Source of the DNA: Bdellovibrionales bacterium
GTDB taxonomy: Bacteria; Bdellovibrionota; Bdellovibrionia; Bdellovibrionales; UBA1609
NCBI GenBank assembly: GCA_965219095.1
Contig: OZ244719.1
Span: 416,001-480,000, forward strand
Direction: 5' to 3'
Length of the DNA: 64,000 bases
This document shows, in pieces, positions 21,640 to 32,285 of the stretch (position 1 is the stretch's first letter; each line of letters begins with the position of its first letter). Below the pieces are notes generated by a model. It searched no databases, was not told where the DNA came from, and worked only from the letters and a program-made list of their open reading frames with translations. Both the position numbers and the translations under genes were made by a program.

Positions 21640-24448
21640 GTTCCTTTAGTTTTCTCACAGAAAGAAACAAGTATCTAGCGAGCAATGGTATTGCTGGCCG
21701 TTGAATAAAAATATCCAAAAATTCCTTTATCCTCTTATTATTACATGCCTCTTTCGAAGAGGATGCTAGTTGCAAGCATATCTTTGAAAGTGAAAGTAAA
21801 TCTTCAAAGGTCATTTTTGGGATAAGTTTGAAAGACTTAAACTTACCAGCAAGCCAAAAATCTATACAGGAAGGGTGTTTGTTTAAGAGATCTTCTTTAA
21901 AGGTTTTTTTAATAGACACAGCTATTCCTCTGCATCTCCATTCTGGCTTTATTAATTCTTCAAACATTTTCTTAAGATTTATTTTTTTCTTTACTTCAAT
22001 TGAACGCCAAGTATCTCCGCCAATTGTTGAAAAAAAAGCCTTTGTAAGTTCAGATATCACATGCAACTTACCTTGTTCATCTAATATTCCTCCCTGAGTA
22101 GAAGAATGCCATAATTTCAGCAAATCTATAATTTCATTCAACTGACCTATATCATAGATTTTTAATTTTATAGGTTGCTTGGACGAGAGCTGTTTAAAGG
22201 AATTGAGTAGTTTTCTTTGAGATTTTTTGATAAATTCAACGCACCTACTAGACTCTATTTCAGCCAAAAACAAACCAGATTCCTTTATTTCAAAACCATC
22301 TATAACTTGCTTATAATCTAGCTCTCTTAAAGAATCAGGTGTCTTCAAGGGATAATATAGCACATTAGGTTCTTCCATTGAATCTGTATCGTCTATCAAT
22401 TTTAAATAAGTTTTTTTCTTGCTTTTCTCAAAACTCCATCTCAACGCTGATTCTTCTCGTTCAAAAACTATTGACTTATCTCCAGATTCTTCACAATCAA
22501 AAATAAGCTTACAAGAATAGGACTCTGTGAGTTTTTTATAATTTGCTTCTTTGATAATATGATTTTTAAACAAACAGTTCCACTTATATGAATCTATTGG
22601 GAGTTCAAAAGAAAATTCTTCACTAAAAAATGATTTTGCTTTGCGATTCTTCTCATAAAAGATAGCCTTTGTGGTAACTTTTAGTCCATAAGGGCCACTT
22701 ATAAATAATTTAATTTTTGAATCCATTAAATCCTCATAACTTGGATGAATAGGAGAAAAATCTATGATTAAAGGATTGCATAAACTAACTCTGCTATCTG
22801 AAATCTGAGGTTCTCTAATCAACATATTAATTTTAGATTCAACATTGTTCAAATTTGAAATTTTTGACTGAGAAGAAAAGATCATAGAGTAAACTCCAGA
22901 CGGCAGACTAGGAAGTTGAACAAACTTTATTTTATTTTCTTTAAGTGATATGAACAATTTTTTTCTTTGTAGTTTAACATCGACACCTTCTACTTTGTCA
23001 CTTGCTCTTATAGCTAAAATAGGAATGTCTGTTGTTAGCCACTCAATTGAGTCGTCTTCATCCCATTGAGAAGGTGAAATACCGGATGGCCATACATCAA
23101 AGAAACTAACATTACATAACCCTAAACTAGCTAACTCTGAATCATTAAATGGAATTCTTCCTTGAGAATCAACTTCAAACTTTATGCCTTGTATTCCTGC
23201 AAAATCAAGGAGCACCTCTGTTCCTTTGTCTTTCATGCTCTCAATGCTCTTGGAAATTAATATGTACTGAGAATTTGCCCTTAAATGGCCATGTATGATG
23301 TGCTGTCCGATTCCATTTTTTTGTAATTTAAATAAGTGAAAATCTTTATTAACGTTAACTGCTATTTTCTTATACAAATCCTCTACTTTTGTATTATCAC
23401 AATCAATAGGATTAAAAAGAAGAATATCTTTATTTGGCCACTCATTTAATTTAAAGCCTCTGGGACTCAGAAGGTTTTTAGAGCGTTGAGGATAGTCAGG
23501 CTTACCTCGAATATAAAAATCATATTTCAAAAATTCACTTTTTAGTTCTTGAAAGCAAGAGAAGTATCGACTAAGATTTAGAGTTCGAACATATAGTTTA
23601 TACATTAACTTGTTTTCTATTGATGGCTTTAAATATAGTTGTAATTTTAAGTTAGGCGTACAAATCACATTTTTTGTCTTTTCCGTTGTTTCTGTTTGAC
23701 GTTTTCTGGAAAACCGGTGAATTTTATCGCTAATGTCTTTAAGCTGAATTCTTGAAGATTCTCTTTTTTCTAAGTCTTTAACGATTCTTTCAAAGGCTGT
23801 TTCAGATAGTTTTGTTTCACCGCTATTTTGAGCTTTAGCTTTAAGTGCAGACACAAATTGCCATACAAGAGAACTGTTGCTCAAGAAATTCTTAAATCTA
23901 GAGGTTAAATTAATAGATTGGGATTTTATTTCAGAAGCCAGAAGTTCTTTATTTTCAAAATGTTCATCTTTTAAAGAAAATCTTAGTTTATATAAAGACT
24001 CTATGAAGTGTCTTTGTATATCTAGAGGAAGAACTGAATTTGTAACTGGCCATGATATGACAGTAAAATTTTTTGCCCATTTTCCAGATGGAGTAATTCC
24101 GTGATATTGGTCTCTAAATTTTTCAAAACACTTGCGAAGTTCAACTCTTTGTTTCTTTCCAGATTTTTCCCAGTTTGGTATTTTCTTTTCAAACGTTTGC
24201 CAATATTCGTCTCCTTTGAAAGAATACCCTATTTCTGTAGCTACTACTACCAATAAAAGCCAATATCTTTCTATATCTATTTTTCCTAAACATTGATTTA
24301 CAAGGTGAAAAAGACTTTTTATCTCATCCTCTGTAAGTTCATGCTCAATTGCAAAAACTCTATCGCCATTACTAATTTTTCTATTTTCTTTGAGGATAGA
24401 AAACTTATGTTCTAGCTTCTCTTGAAATGCTTTTACACTTTGTTCCAA
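21602..24448 (-). CDS. Druantia accessory protein (possible DruB-DruC fusion)
   Basis: 948 aa between druA and the DruD-like gene; FAIEH..ATEIGY..EYWQTFE..SWPVTNSVLP. Confidence 0.5.
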   Translation of the reverse strand: MEQSVKAFQEKLEHKFSILKENRKISNGDRVFAIEHELTEDEIKSLFHLVNQCLGKIDIERYWLLLVVVATEIGYSFKGDEYWQTFEKKIPNWEKSGKKQRVELRKCFEKFRDQYHGITPSGKWAKNFTVISWPVTNSVLPLDIQRHFIESLYKLRFSLKDEHFENKELLASEIKSQSINLTSRFKNFLSNSSLVWQFVSALKAKAQNSGETKLSETAFERIVKDLEKRESSRIQLKDISDKIHRFSRKRQTETTEKTKNVICTPNLKLQLYLKPSIENKLMYKLYVRTLNLSRYFSCFQELKSEFLKYDFYIRGKPDYPQRSKNLLSPRGFKLNEWPNKDILLFNPIDCDNTKVEDLYKKIAVNVNKDFHLFKLQKNGIGQHIIHGHLRANSQYILISKSIESMKDKGTEVLLDFAGIQGIKFEVDSQGRIPFNDSELASLGLCNVSFFDVWPSGISPSQWDEDDSIEWLTTDIPILAIRASDKVEGVDVKLQRKKLFISLKENKIKFVQLPSLPSGVYSMIFSSQSKISNLNNVESKINMLIREPQISDSRVSLCNPLIIDFSPIHPSYEDLMDSKIKLFISGPYGLKVTTKAIFYEKNRKAKSFFSEEFSFELPIDSYKWNCLFKNHIIKEANYKKLTESYSCKLIFDCEESGDKSIVFEREESALRWSFEKSKKKTYLKLIDDTDSMEEPNVLYYPLKTPDSLRELDYKQVIDGFEIKESGLFLAEIESSRCVEFIKKSQRKLLNSFKQLSSKQPIKLKIYDIGQLNEIIDLLKLWHSSTQGGILDEQGKLHVISELTKAFFSTIGGDTWRSIEVKKKINLKKMFEELIKPEWRCRGIAVSIKKTFKEDLLNKHPSCIDFWLAGKFKSFKLIPKMTFEDLLSLSKICLQLASSSKEACNNKRIKEFLDIFIQRPAIPLLARYLFLSVRKLKEHESDFMEHFRRD

Positions 24449-24468
24449 ATTTAAATTCCTTTCTGTTG

Positions 24469-25710
24469 CTACTTTGTAAAGGTTTGATTTTTTTTAACAG
24501 TGGTTTTTTCAGGGAATCCTGCCTTCATGTAATTTAACGAGATATTTATTTTGTGCGAATAAGGATTTAAGATCTTAGAAATATCTTCCTTTTTCCAATC
24601 AACAAAGCCTGGATTTCTTTTAGAGCGAGGAAGCATCCAGCGCTCTAATGCTAATTCTCCAATTTCTTTTACAGATCTCAGTTTTATGTTGTTGGGAGTT
24701 TTCGATTTTCCTGATAGCAGATTAGTATAGTTCTTTACAAACTTACAAATATAAACTTCTCTAAAAACACCGTGTTTGAGCAAGTCTGAATCTAAGTTCA
24801 TATTTTGAAAAGCCACTTTGGTTGCCCTCATCCTCCAGTTTGGACCACTTCCAAATTGATGTCCATTAGCATAAGGATGTTTTACAACAGAAAGATATTC
24901 TCGAATATCTGCAAACAATGAATTTGGAATATGAAAGTGACCCCATCCTTTTGTATATCCAATAGGTTCAAAATAAGTATGCCCCATAAGTTTTAATCTA
25001 TTATATACTGATGATTTGCCCAGAGCTGATGAAGTTGTAACGAGAGCTAGCATTGGATTCTTCTTTTTCCTTGAAATAACTCCCTTTGTGTTTTCATATT
25101 TTTTTCCAAATGCTTTTTTAATCTCTTTTGATTTGATTAAGCAAGCTATTGTTTTTCCACCAAGTAAAAAATTATAAGGAGGAACAGCTCCCAAAATATA
25201 AGCATCCATGCAATTTACTAGTCTTTGTTCTCTATCTTTCACATTCCAGCCAATATATTCATCCCTTATGTTAGAGTTAAATACAGGATCTCCAAGAGCT
25301 ATAATGCCCATTATTTTGTTATTAAAATCATCCCATACAATAAATCGCATTCTCCTTCCATAGCCTCTAGATACGGGGACACTCCAAGTAAGTCCTGCGA
25401 TGCGAAACAAATCCGATTGCCATGAGTTTCCTTTGATTAATTCTAATCGAGGCAATATCTTTTCAGGATTTATATCTTTTCCGGATGCAAAAAAACCAGA
25501 TAAAGCATCATACTTTTTTTCTAAAAAAACCCTTTCGTTATTTAGTAAGTCTATTCTTTGAACTCTATGAAGGTTTCTTATTATTATTTTCTCATTGTTT
25601 ATGGAACGTGAAGTTCTGTTAAGATTTTTTCTAAATCCTATTTTTTTTAGATGTCTAGTTAATCTGCACTTTATACTCCTCTCTAGGGAGAGGATTTTTT
25701 TCTTCCTCAT
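24469..25710 (-). CDS. druA: Druantia DruA-like protein (DUF4338-type)
   Basis: WSVPVSRGYGRRMRF, LGDPVF, GAVPPYNFLLGGK, TTSSALGKSSVYNRL, GYTKGWGHFH; 413 aa. Confidence 0.8.
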   Translation of the reverse strand: MRKKKILSLERSIKCRLTRHLKKIGFRKNLNRTSRSINNEKIIIRNLHRVQRIDLLNNERVFLEKKYDALSGFFASGKDINPEKILPRLELIKGNSWQSDLFRIAGLTWSVPVSRGYGRRMRFIVWDDFNNKIMGIIALGDPVFNSNIRDEYIGWNVKDREQRLVNCMDAYILGAVPPYNFLLGGKTIACLIKSKEIKKAFGKKYENTKGVISRKKKNPMLALVTTSSALGKSSVYNRLKLMGHTYFEPIGYTKGWGHFHIPNSLFADIREYLSVVKHPYANGHQFGSGPNWRMRATKVAFQNMNLDSDLLKHGVFREVYICKFVKNYTNLLSGKSKTPNNIKLRSVKEIGELALERWMLPRSKRNPGFVDWKKEDISKILNPYSHKINISLNYMKAGFPEKTTVKKNQTFTK

Positions 25711-26333
25711 TTTTTTCTTCCTTTTAGTGAGTATTTCCCTTTCTTTTTAAATTTTTTTCTATTTTCAAGAATCTTTCTTGTTTTCTCAACTTCTTGAGTG
25801 AAAAGCTTTACACTTGGAAGCTCTTTCGTGTACTTAGCTGTTAAAATTTTACCTGACATTCCTTCAAGAGCATATTGAACAAGAACATCATTTTTTCCCG
25901 CACATAATATCAATCCTACCGGAGGATTTTCGCCTTTTCTCATCCAGTGTCTTTTAGCATAATTTAAATACACGTTCATTTGTCCCGCATCTGCATGAGT
26001 AAAATTTCCTACTTTTAAGTCAATGATTACAAGACATTTTAAAAATCGATGGTAAAACACTAAATCTACACGAAACCAATGTCCGCCAATTCTTTCATGA
26101 ACATGAAGGGATACACTTGGAACCTCAAAGGAAGTCCACTCAGCTTTACCAGCCCACTGTAGTTGCGGATCTAAATAAGGGTCATACTGATATTTTTTAG
26201 CTTTAACTTTTGGACTTTCTCTTTTAGAAGTCACTCCTCCAACATGGGGATTGTTTTTTCTTTTATTTTTATGTTTATAAATTTCAATAGGCTTTGAAAC
26301 AGCAAGTTTCTTTTTTTTCTTCTTTTTCGCCAT
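25707..26333 (-). pseudogene. Chimera: type III-like DNA methyltransferase N-terminus fused to YhcG/DUF1016 nuclease C-terminus
   Basis: KRKNNP..YDPYLDPQLQWAGKAE..SLHVHERI followed by DLVFYHRFLKCLVIIDLK..DAGQMNVYLNY..NPPVGLILC. Confidence 0.7.
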
Positions 26334-26336
26334 TTT

Positions 26337-26585
26337 TTAAAGTTCAGCAGACCTTGATGTACTGTGTTCTCCTAAGTAGCTTTCAATAAGATCAATAACA
26401 TCTCTTTTTTGTTTTGCGGTGGCAGATGCTTTTGCTTGCAAAGCTTGTGCCTCAGAGGATTTAAGTCGTTTTAAAATGCCATTGACGGTTGGATTTTCAG
26501 ATTTCCTTGGTTGCATCATAGGCCCTGAAGCATCTATTCTTCTCTTTAAACTCCAAGGCAAGTCTCTATACTTTAATTGAGGCAC
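26337..26585 (-). CDS. Small hypothetical protein
   Basis: 82 aa, ends 3 bp before the next ATG. Confidence 0.4.
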   Translation of the reverse strand: MPQLKYRDLPWSLKRRIDASGPMMQPRKSENPTVNGILKRLKSSEAQALQAKASATAKQKRDVIDLIESYLGEHSTSRSAEL

Positions 26586-26778
26586 AGTTTTATTCTAGGT
26601 TGATCTATGTAAAAATTTCAATGCTTATTTCAAAAGTAAAAATTTTGGTTCATAAAAGTCTATTCTCATGTGCATTATTTTAGATGACATCCAAGCTATG
26701 AAAATTAAGAAGGCGATACTAAAATTAAGCATTTATTTACCAGAAAGTTGTTTTGCGTTGCATACAAGCTATCTTATT

Positions 26779-27054
26779 ACTTACCTCAAGTACAACAAGA
26801 TTAGAATGACCCTAAGTATCATAAGACTTCTTCCAGTTACTGATTGTAGAGGAACTGACTTTTGTTTCTTTACAAAATTTAGAACCTCTCTTAAGAGCTT
26901 CTGGGTAGCGGATAAGCTTTTTGTTGGAATTCTTCTCTCGATAAAGCTGTATCTTCTTTTTTAAATTAATCCCCTCTTCCATAAAACCCTCCTTCTAAGA
27001 AAAATTTATAAGAGAAATTTAAGCTTAGATAGGGCGGTCAGATAACCGAGTTAC
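26779..27054 (-). mobile_element. Remnant of a second IS66-like element (end plus short TnpA-like ORF 26779-26982)
   Basis: GTAACTCGGTTATCTGACCGCCCTA end at 27054, GGAGG RBS, then MEEGINL..RYPEALKREV; same end at 40753-40777. Confidence 0.5.
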
Positions 27055-28483
27055 GTTTTTTGTATTTTTCGGTAACTTTGTACTTTCCTGTTTTAGAAGC
27101 ACCTTCAAAAGCAATTAACCCTTTTTCCCTAAGAATTTTCAAATCTCTAAGAACAGTTCTTCGTGTAATAGTCTGGTTTTTAGCGAATACATCTATCAAA
27201 AATTTATCATTTGCTATTAAATAGAGTATTTTCAATAGGTTATCCAATTTTTTACCTTTAACTCCAAGCTCTGCGATGACATTTGCGGTGACATTTGCGG
27301 TGACATTTGCGGTGACACTATAGTTGCTCTCAGAATACAGAGGCTTTCGGTAGAAGACTATGGTAAAAAACTCATCAAATTTAAACTTAGGTTCTTTCAG
27401 CACAGCCCTTCTTACAAGATTCTTCATATTTCTAATTCCTGTGCCAAACTTTTCGATATATCCAAGTCTTTGCATAAGATCAGCAGTCAGCTTGTTTCTC
27501 AAGACACTTTTTGTTCCAAAATCTTTTTTACTTAAACCTTTAGGAAGCCCTCCAAAATTATAAATCTCTACCCTATCGCTAAAGATTTCAACACTCACAT
27601 TCACTCCTGTATGAAAATAGTCCCTATGAGTTACAGCATTAATAAGAGCTTCTCTTAGTGCTTCCTCTGGAATTTCTAGAATTTCTTCTCTGTCAGGCTT
27701 TCCTCGAACAATTTTATATTCCAAACGAAGATTCTTTTCTAAAAATCTTAGAGCTTCATCTATGTTAGTTCTTAAATCTTTATTGAATCTCCCGCTATCA
27801 ATGATTTTTCCTCTTTCTTTCCCTCTGAATAAAACACAAGCAATTTCAGCATGAGAATGAATTCGTTGTAAGTCCTTAGAGAAAAACAAAGCTCCAGCAT
27901 TATTAAAAATAATTTTTGATCTTTTTTTCTGAATAACTTCTAAATTTTCTAGTAACTGCAATACATTTCTTTTACTGTAGGTTACCTCTGCTTTATCTAA
28001 AAAAGAAAAGAGCTTTTCCTTACTAAAGTGTTTTTTGTAATTAAATTTTTGACAGGGAAGCTTGTCAAAGGCTTCTGCTCCTTCTTTAAGCATATGACTT
28101 CTAATTTCAGAGGTGGTTAGTTTTTGGGAGCTTGAGTCTTTTCGAGTATAGAATCCAGAAGAACACCTGTGCAACCCTCGATTTCCTTTTTTAACTTTCA
28201 CCACTAAAACTTTTTCTCTCTCCAGTTCTTTAATGAAAATAGAAACCTTAGGATCACAGTTTTTTGCAATACTCTCTATTTGGCTCTTTAATCGATTGGT
28301 GATATTAACTCCCTTAACTTTTCCCTTATCTGTTATTCCGATATAAATTTCACCACCCTCTGAGTTGGCGAAAGATACCATTGCTTTGTCTAGACTTGAA
28401 CTCACATTTTCTTTGAACTCGACTTTCTGGTTTTCACCATTTTTTAAAATGGCCTTGAGTTTTTTTGATAGAGAATTTTTCAT
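27038..28483 (-). CDS. Schlafen/AlbA_2 + HATPase_c_4 + wHTH protein (often annotated RecG-like regulator)
   Basis: GENQKVEFKE..SFANSEGGEIYIGI; ALREALINAVTHRDY; RNKL..IEKFGTGI; TANV repeats. Confidence 0.85.
   Translation of the reverse strand: MKNSLSKKLKAILKNGENQKVEFKENVSSSLDKAMVSFANSEGGEIYIGITDKGKVKGVNITNRLKSQIESIAKNCDPKVSIFIKELEREKVLVVKVKKGNRGLHRCSSGFYTRKDSSSQKLTTSEIRSHMLKEGAEAFDKLPCQKFNYKKHFSKEKLFSFLDKAEVTYSKRNVLQLLENLEVIQKKRSKIIFNNAGALFFSKDLQRIHSHAEIACVLFRGKERGKIIDSGRFNKDLRTNIDEALRFLEKNLRLEYKIVRGKPDREEILEIPEEALREALINAVTHRDYFHTGVNVSVEIFSDRVEIYNFGGLPKGLSKKDFGTKSVLRNKLTADLMQRLGYIEKFGTGIRNMKNLVRRAVLKEPKFKFDEFFTIVFYRKPLYSESNYSVTANVTANVTANVIAELGVKGKKLDNLLKILYLIANDKFLIDVFAKNQTITRRTVLRDLKILREKGLIAFEGASKTGKYKVTEKYKKRNSVI
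27277..27317. repeat. 12-bp tandem repeat TGACATTTGCGG, ~3.4 copies, in frame
   Basis: Directly visible; encodes VTAN repeats. Confidence 0.9.
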
Positions 28484-28517
28484 TTCACTTCCTTTTAGTT
28501 CTAATTTATTTATAATT

Positions 28518-28809
28518 TTATAATTTTATAAGTTTGTTTGGATCTTTTAGCTCAATTTCAATTAAGCCTTCTTTCTCACCGGATCTTCTAAGTATGCCAA
28601 TTGTGAAGTTCTGCAAGAAACCCCGAAAGCTTCGCCTGCTGGACACAAACTCATAGCAACACTCCTCAAAAAAGTGGTTTTTCCCTGGCCATTGTTTCCA
28701 ATAAAGAGCGTCCAATTTTTCGAGTTCTTTTTGTCATCTTCAAAAGACAATTCAGCCTCTTTAAAGTGCTAATATTCTGAAGTTTTACTTTGCATATTTT
28801 TACCGACAT
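28518..28809 (-). pseudogene. AAA/ABC ATPase fragment, frameshifted and truncated
   Basis: KVKLQNI..WTLFIGNNGQGKTTFLRSVA Walker A spread over several frames. Confidence 0.65.
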
Positions 28810-29035
28810 TTTTCTACTCTATATAATAGTGCTTCCGTTTAGTTTTCAGTCTCTTCTCCTAAGGGGGAATAGATGGAACATCTATCATCTATCTAAGCGT
28901 TGTCACTATTCATAAATCCTATAAATTTTAAGTCATTTTAAATCTTTAAGTCAACTTAAGTTATCTTGAACCTTTTTTAAATTCATGACGCCCTAAGTTA
29001 GCTCCTCTAAAAATCAATTCAAATTATCTTGAATC

Positions 29036-30567
29036 GTAACTGCTCACTCTCGTAAGTTTTTATTTAAAGCCATAGAGATGGCTTCTAAAGAAGAATACCC
29101 TCTATTTCTCATTGTTTTAACATAGCTGGTAATACGACAAAAATATTTCGCCATTTCTTCTGTTCTGAAACACCCTGACACTTTCTTTTTCACTTTAGTC
29201 ATTCTTAGATCTCTTTCAGCTCTGTTATTAGTAGGATCTACGTTCTTTCTTTTAGCAAAACACAGTATTTCTGCTTCATACTTTTTAAATCGCAGCCAAA
29301 GGTTTTGAGCTTGTGTATGCTTTATTCGTCCTTTCTTGCCATTTTTCTTAGGAAATTCTGGAAGCTCTTTTAAGCCTTTTGTAAGAATACTCCTATACCT
29401 TCTCTGAAGAGTTTCGCACTCTTTTTGAGTCAGAACTCTTGACTCTTTTTTATGAACTAACTCCACAGTCTCTTTAAGAAGTTTTTTGAGATTTGTAGCC
29501 CATTTGAATCCATTGCTTTCTTCTATAAATTTAAGCTCTCTCAAAAGGTGAGCCACACACAAAGCATGAGTTATCTTATCATAACAAAAGTAAGGACTCC
29601 AACAATCATGCACAAGCACTCCTCCATATCTATCCAAGAGACCAATATCTTTTATGGCTTCCCTTCCACCTGAAAGGTGGAGAAACTGCAAGACTAATTC
29701 TCCTGAACTATAAGTATGAATCCAGTAGTTTTTACCCTTAACCCTCATAGAGGTCTCATCAACATGAATGACCTCTGATTCAAGTATCTTTTCTTTCATC
29801 TGCTCTTCCCAACTTTTAAGAAACTCTCCTAATTCAGCAATGTATCTCAACATAACTGCAGGAGAAATCATTCGACCTATAAGCCCCATGTAATGTTCCC
29901 CAACACGTTGAAAAGACAGCATCTGAACTATAATGAAATTGATGATGGAAGCTCTAATGCCTATACCATACTGAAGAGGACCACTCATACCTTTAGGGAA
30001 TTGACCTTTATTTCTAGCTCCACATGAGGGACAATCCTTAACTTCAGAAGTTACAGTATGGGTCTGAATTTCATAAAAAATATCAATCTTTTTACGCTTC
30101 TCAAGGCTTTTTACCTCTGCTGTCTTTAAACACATCCCACACTGAGAACACTCTGAGGGAGAGACAGTCTCCTCACTGTTTGTATCTTTACTGTTATCAA
30201 GTCTAGAGCCCTTTTTCTGACTCCCACTAGCTTTCTTATTACGATTCCCTTGACGACTAAAATCTTGCGAAGGAGGAAGACCGCTGTTGCTGGAATTTTT
30301 TCGAACCTGTTTTTCTAAAAACACAACAATCAGAATGTTCACAACCTTAAAGAGAGATTCAAAAACCACAGAAATCTCAGTAGGCACAGAACCTTTCTTT
30401 GCAAGCTTATCAAAGTCACTTCTTATATTTTCAATCTCATTTCTGATGGAGGTCTTATTTATTGTCATTTGAAAAGAGTATTTAAAAGAAAATCTGTAAG
30501 AACAAGACTTTTATCTTAAAACAGATCTAAAGTTAGGGATAACTGAACAATGTAGGTGAGCAGTTAC
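29036..30567 (-). mobile_element. IS66-family element with intact transposase (CDS 29044-30468, 474 aa)
   Basis: 12-bp TIRs GTAACTGCTCAC; NSSNSGLPPS, Zn ribbon, HVDET, TNNRAER motifs; flanks do not form a TSD. Confidence 0.92.
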
Positions 30568-30649
30568 GGTTTTTTAGAGAAATTAAAGAAAACAGATCAA
30601 TGTCTTTACTTTATATTATGAATTTGAAAACTGTCTTCTTATTAAAGAA

Positions 30650-30907
30650 TTAAAGTTTTGAAAAAAGTTGTTCAGGCTTTACTTTCAAAACTTTTGCGAT
30701 TCTAAGAATGGTTGTCACATTGACGTTTCTTTTCCCAGCCTCAATAGCTTGCCAGTGCTTCCATGAACGATAGCCACGATCTTCTACTGATTCTAAAGTC
30801 CAGTTTCTTTTTTCTCTAAGCTTTTTTATATTAGAGCCAATTTTTTGAATGCTCTGCCATTCAGATCGCTTGACAGTGTTTTGAATGCCTTTAGGGTTAT
30901 AAGCCAA
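30650..30907 (-). CDS. XRE-family HTH regulator
   Basis: IGSNIKKLREKRNWT..IEAGKRNVNVTTILRIAKVLKV. Confidence 0.8.
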   Translation of the reverse strand: MAYNPKGIQNTVKRSEWQSIQKIGSNIKKLREKRNWTLESVEDRGYRSWKHWQAIEAGKRNVNVTTILRIAKVLKVKPEQLFSKL

Positions 30908-31038
30908 AGTTTACATCTCCCTGCATTAAATCGTTATATACATATGTAATTACTCTAGACTTTCTATTTTCTTTTAGTTACCATACGGTCGTATGTATTT
31001 GAAAGAAAACCCTAAAAGACTCAAAGACAGTACATCTT

Positions 31039-31353
31039 ATGAAAAAAGAACTTTTAAAGACAATGATAACCTACTGCTTAGGGCGTAAAATTCGAGAGAT
31101 GCGTATTAGGTCAGGGAGATCACAGGAAGAAATTGCTGTTATTCTGAACGTTCCTCTTTCTGATTTAAAAAAATGTGAAAAAGGAATCCTAGGCCTTAAG
31201 CTAGGAGGAAAAGACGTAGTTCAGCTATTAAAGCATCTCAAGCCTAGCTTTGAAGATAGGCTGTTTTTCCAGTCGCTTAGTAGTTTAACTGCAAAAGACT
31301 ATTATAAAAAGTTCAAAAAAAAAGAGAAAACAGAGGACTACAAAGATGAATGA
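31039..31353 (+). CDS. XRE-family HTH protein
   Basis: LGRKIREMRIRSGRSQEEIAVILNV..CEKG. Confidence 0.7.
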   Translation: MKKELLKTMITYCLGRKIREMRIRSGRSQEEIAVILNVPLSDLKKCEKGILGLKLGGKDVVQLLKHLKPSFEDRLFFQSLSSLTAKDYYKKFKKKEKTEDYKDE

Positions 31354-32285
31354 TAAGACTGTAATAAAAGTTGTTATTTCAAAAAGAGCTAATCAATCCT
31401 TTATATCTATACTTGAATCTCTTAGTTCAAACAAATGATCCTCTGTTATAAGACAAAGGGCTTTTTCAAAAATATCTTTGGCTTTGATTTTTCTACCATA
31501 AGGGATTTTATGAGGTTATGATGAAAGAAAAGGTTGCACTAGTGAATTGCAGTTGGGATAAAAAAAAGGTCTTTCTAGGAACCCTCAAATGGAATTCTTG
31601 TTTTTTCATTTTGCACCTTTTCTTCTCGTCTTTTTGAGACAAATTTTCTTTTGTCATCAAACTTCCTTTGATGTTTCATCTGCTTTCTTAGAATGAAAGA
31701 AACTATAGACTTTGTTTTTTATAAGTAATGAAAAGCAGAAAATACTCCCCAATAAGAAAATCTTAAGATAGAGTGAAAAATAAGCTTTTAAGGGGTCAGA
31801 CACTTTCTTAACATTTTTTCTGAATAAAAAAAATGAAATGATCTTAAGTGATTTTAAGCTTTGGCATCTCTTTTGTTTTGTCCAATTCTAGACACACTTT
31901 TTCCTTTATTGTGGACAGAGCTCACATCTTTTAAAAAAGCTCCATTTAACTTCTCAAATTGGAGCCCCCCTCTTTACGATCGGTCAAAGTGATATGAGAG
32001 CTTGGTTTTAAATCTTCAAACAAACCATAAAAACCCTTTGGAAGTTTATCAGAGTGACGTTGATTTTCTTCCTCCATTTTGATTCTAAACTTGGGTTATA
32101 ACTGGAGAAAGGAGCATAAAAATTTTCTTTTGCCCCTATACATGGGGGCAGTGTCCCCATGTTGACCCCTAAATTGTAACTCAGTTAAGAAACCGACTTA
32201 CTGTTAACTTAAGTCCTATGTATTTTGAGAACTTAAGCCTTTTGGAGATCTCTTCTGGAACCTTATGCTACAAAAGAATGTCGAA

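Noticed and set aside
16073..24104. Short alternative-frame or antisense ORFs inside long genes (also 2890, 7163, 8757, 11810, 27360, 32792, 44071-49064, 57989, 59273)
   Set aside because: Shadow ORFs of longer, motif-bearing genes
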